A stretch of 64,000 nucleotides of DNA from NCBI GenBank assembly GCA_030704615.1, contig CM060732.1, forward strand, positions 71,982,001 to 72,046,000, in the 5' to 3' direction. Of this stretch, positions 60,460-64,000 are shown piece by piece. This DNA comes from Takakia lepidozioides. Lineage: Eukaryota; Plantae; Bryophyta. Each line of letters begins with the position of its first letter. Position 1 is the stretch's first letter. The notes under the pieces were generated by a model. It was not told where the DNA came from. It saw nothing but the letters and a program-made list of their open reading frames with translations, and did not search any database. The translations under genes and the position numbers were made by a program.

Positions 60460-63400
60460 TTATCGTCAGTCTGTCAATTGTGTCTGCTGGGCTGTGTTAG
60501 CCTGAGACTCGTGAACTATCTCACATCTGCTGTATGGGTCTCCCTGTAAAAAAAGTCAGGTTCGCAGCCAATACTTGTCGGCCTGGATACCCATATGTCT
60601 GTTGCTCGCGAGTCTGTTGCGATGTTAGTCTATCCTGACAACAGTCTTCCGGCGTCTGTGTACGTTGGTATGTTGTGAGAAACTGTGAAACCATGGTGCC
60701 GCGTCGAAAATTTAGCGTTACACCATTCCGTCTGCCAGTCTGTTGTCCTGCCAGTCTTTTCAGCTAGTCTGTTGTCTCTGTCGCATCGTCAGTCTAGTCT
60801 GCCTGCAGCTTGTTACAGAGGGCGACGGAACAATGACCATGTTGACCTGCCAGTCTGTCGAACTGCCAGTTTGTCTGTTTTGTATAGTCTGTTTCGTCGT
60901 CAGCCTGTTGTAGTCGGGTGGACTTGTTTAGTGGATTACGTGTTGGTCTGCTCAAATCAGTCTGCTGATTCTAGTCTGCTTGACTCTGTCTGCTATTCAC
61001 TCGGTCTGCTGTGCACTGGGTAAACCTAGTAAATGCAACGGCGGCGGTGGCGGCGTCAATCATGGTGCATCACGTCGTGCCGTGTGTGTACTGCATTTCC
61101 GCTCCCGGGTCAGCTTGAACTTCAACTTCGCCTTCCCGCCGGTGTTGTGGTCTGCTTTTATGTCAACGTCTGTCTTCCTTGCGCAGACTTCTTTCCGCGC
61201 GCAGATTTGGAGAGTCATCTTAGACCCCAATAGTCGCCAAGACCGTTGCTCCCGTAGGCCGTTGCGTGTCTTCTGCTGTGTACTTGTAGTTTTGGTTCTC
61301 GCTTCTCTGTCTGTCCTCGTATGTAGTGCTCGTTCTCGCCGGTTCTCGCACTTTCTGGACTCCTCCATTCTTTGCACTTCTCCCTTTTTGTTGGGCCCTC
61401 TGCCTTTCTCTGTTGTGTTGTGTTGTATAGGCGATGGAGGAAGCCTGCGCGAAGGGCGGACCCGACTGATTGCCATGGTCTGCTGAGTCTTGTGGTTTGC
61501 TGAATGGTCAATAGAGCTCCGAATGCCCAATGGATCGTGTGTGTTTTGCTGCATAGCAGCTAGCTCCCGTATGAACCGACTTGTGGTGAAGCCGACAGAC
61601 CTATTTCTTGTGTTGTCGCGTAGTCTGTTCATCTGTGGAAGACTTCACCAGACTGTATACGTCCATAATTAGGTCTTCTGAAATGTTTTTGTCTACTGAA
61701 GTCCAGATTGTCTGCTAAGGTATGAGTGTCTGCTAAATATCATGGTCTGCTGAGTATTGTGGTCTGCTGAATGTGGATTGTGGGCTGCTGATGGTCTGTT
61801 GATTGTCTACTGAGTGTCATTAAATTCAGTCAGTCCAATGGATCCGGTCTGTCCGATGAAGCTCATTTGTTTTTGCGGCACAACACACTGCTCAGTCTAT
61901 TCGCAAAGCCATATCAACTTGGCGGACACCACGTCAGGAACCTCCTTTGCAAGTGCGTGAGGTGCGGCTTGAAGTGCAGCGGGTTCGCGAGTACATTTTG
62001 ATGAAATACCCCGGATCGGCAGCGGCCATAGACGAACTTGACACGGAGTCGGCAGGTCCCCTCCAGCAGACCGCTGATTTCATCACTCCTCAGGAGACCA
62101 CAGCAGACCGCGACAGACCTTAAGAGACCCCAGCAGACCTCATCACACCAAACCACAGTGAAGCACACGCCATCAATCATGAGCATGACTCCGCGCACCT
62201 GGGCAGACCGAACCACGCCTCAACAGACCTCATACCTGAGACTGGACCAATTGGACAGGGTGAAGACTATGCCCATTTCCCCTCCACTGTGGGCATTTTT
62301 GGGGTGTGGAGATCGCCGTTACCGGTGGCGCCGAAGAACGCAGAGGATCCTACACTTCCCCGCTTCAGGATTGGTGACACAAGTGCCCATGTGGACTGGT
62401 ACAGTGACCTGCATCACATTGTAACGGGCCGGAGGTGGCCCTTTGTCCCTTATCTCTATTCCATGGAGTATACTACGGAAGAAGCCAACCATGTTCTGGA
62501 GCAAGCAGGGAAAGTTGTTGTTTCTTCTTTGAGTGAAGTAAATGAATCGCCACTCCTTGTTCAGCTCCTCTTTATGGATGACCCTCGCCCGGAGGAGGTG
62601 CGGCATATGGGTATGGCACACCCAACATTCGGTGTCCGCAAGAAGCACTTGTCCACAGTGACTGCAGTCCACTTCGACCGGATGGCATCATCGTTCCTTC
62701 AGCATCGGTGGATGCAGTTTGGAAATTTCACATCATACAAGAAGTTGCTGAAGGACTTGCCCACTCTTCGGCAAGACTTCCTACATGGATCACAGGCATG
62801 AGAGTCTGTTACAGACGGATCACAAGCACGAGAGTCTGTTGTAGATGAGGCTATGTTGTGGTTCTCGTATGTAATGGAGCGTGCTGTCTTTGACATTGTC
62901 TTGCTCAAACCAGACGTGTTCAGAGTATTGTGGTCTGGCTCGCCGCATCACGACTGCAGTTCCGCGCTTGCCCACCTTGATTCCGCACTGCTGGACCGCC
63001 AAATTAAGGACATCGGACTCGTTGGAAATTTGCTGGAAGGTACTCGCGCGCTGCTCTATCTCATTCATTGCTCCCCGCCCCCCCCGCCAATCCTCCACCG
63101 CATGGCAGAGCAGGACAGGCAGCAGACTGACAAAACTGCCAATGAGAGTGCACAGACGACCAAAGAGGAGACTACCCTGGACACTGTAGAGTACACTGGC
63201 CAAGAGACTAACCAGGATAAAGGGCAGGAGACTGCCGTGGGTGCAGATGGCGGTCTGCTCCTGCGTCTGAGAATCCCTTCCACCAGACTCCACATTACTC
63301 TGCCCAAGAGACTACACACAGGTCTGCTCAGACAAGTTCACAAGACTCTGGTCAGCAGACAACACAAGACTCTGCCGAGGTGACTGCCCTGCTTAGAGAG

Positions 63401-64000
63401 TCTGCCCAGAAGACTACAGCAGACTCTGCCTACCCGACTGCACATGAGTCTGCCCATGTGACTGCAGCAGCAGACCCTGCCCGCCAGACTGCGAATGAGT
63501 CTGCCCAGGTGACTGCAGCAGCAGACCCTGCCCACCAGACTGCGCATGAGTCTGCCCAAGTGACTGCAGCAGCGGACCCGTCCCACCCGACTGCGCATGA
63601 GTTTGCCCAGGAGACTGCAAAAGCAGGCCCTGCCCACCGGACTGCGCATGAGTCTGTCTGGTTGACTTCAGCAGACACACCCCAACAGACTGCAGTAAAC
63701 AATTCCCAGCAGATTGCAGCAGACCCTCTCCAGCAGACTGAACAGATGACTGCACTTGAGTTTTCCAATGAGACTTCTTCAAAGTATGTCTAGCAGATTG
63801 ATATACAGCCCGCCCAGAAGAGTTTCAATGAGGCGGAAGTTGAGGACGTCCGCAAGCAGACTTTGCCTTCACCGTCTCCGTGTGCTCCTGCTCCTGCCAA
63901 TGTTGGGTCAACAACAAAGACAGGCGGTCTGCTCACACCGCCCGATTCTCGTGTTAGTTCAACGCATGCCATTCGTGAGGCTGCGAGGACTCGACCGGCA
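60460..64000 (+). mobile_element. Unclassified CAGAC/GTCTG-rich repeat element with a decayed plus-strand ORF (about 61838-64000), running off the window
   Basis: Dense GTCTG (60.4-61.9 kb) then CAGAC/GACTG motifs. ORF pieces 62289-62801, 62853-63383 and 63380-63793 are broken by stops and frameshifts. No recognisable domain. Confidence 0.45.
63400..63660 (+). repeat. 51-bp coding minisatellite, about five copies (TAHESAQVTAAADPAHQ)
   Basis: Units start at 63437, 63488, 63539, 63590 and 63641. Confidence 0.9.

Noticed and set aside
60980-61632. Overlapping 168-190 aa ORFs on both strands
   Set aside because: Low-complexity, stop-poor repeat sequence with no recognisable protein features.

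Overview
Eukaryotic nuclear DNA from a non-seed land plant, most likely a bryophyte (inferred from GT-AG introns, PLS/DYW PPR remnants and moss-like repeat families). A gene-rich core (about 17.9-44.7 kb) holds six apparently intact genes: RPS28, a plant coiled-coil protein, GINS PSF3, a DOMON-cytochrome b561 protein, NIP7 and a nepenthesin-like aspartic protease. It also holds many decayed gene fragments (G6PDH exon, PPR-DYW, PDF-motif/PPR, PPR, BTB At3g05675-like). Both flanks are transposon-rich: a DNA-transposon end, a LINE with a 2A-like motif, a decayed Ty3/gypsy element, several MITEs, hAT remnants, a SINE and a Helitron. The most striking observation is the 1.57-kb LTR of the gypsy element (12369-13939, TGTAGAATAA...TTATTCTACA, followed by a PBS). 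It contains three tandem, diverged, small F-box ORFs in the sense orientation; only one appears in the ORF track. This is a candidate retrotransposon-encoded SCF-hijacking or decoy cassette. All protein-family calls are motif recognition by eye; no searches were run.
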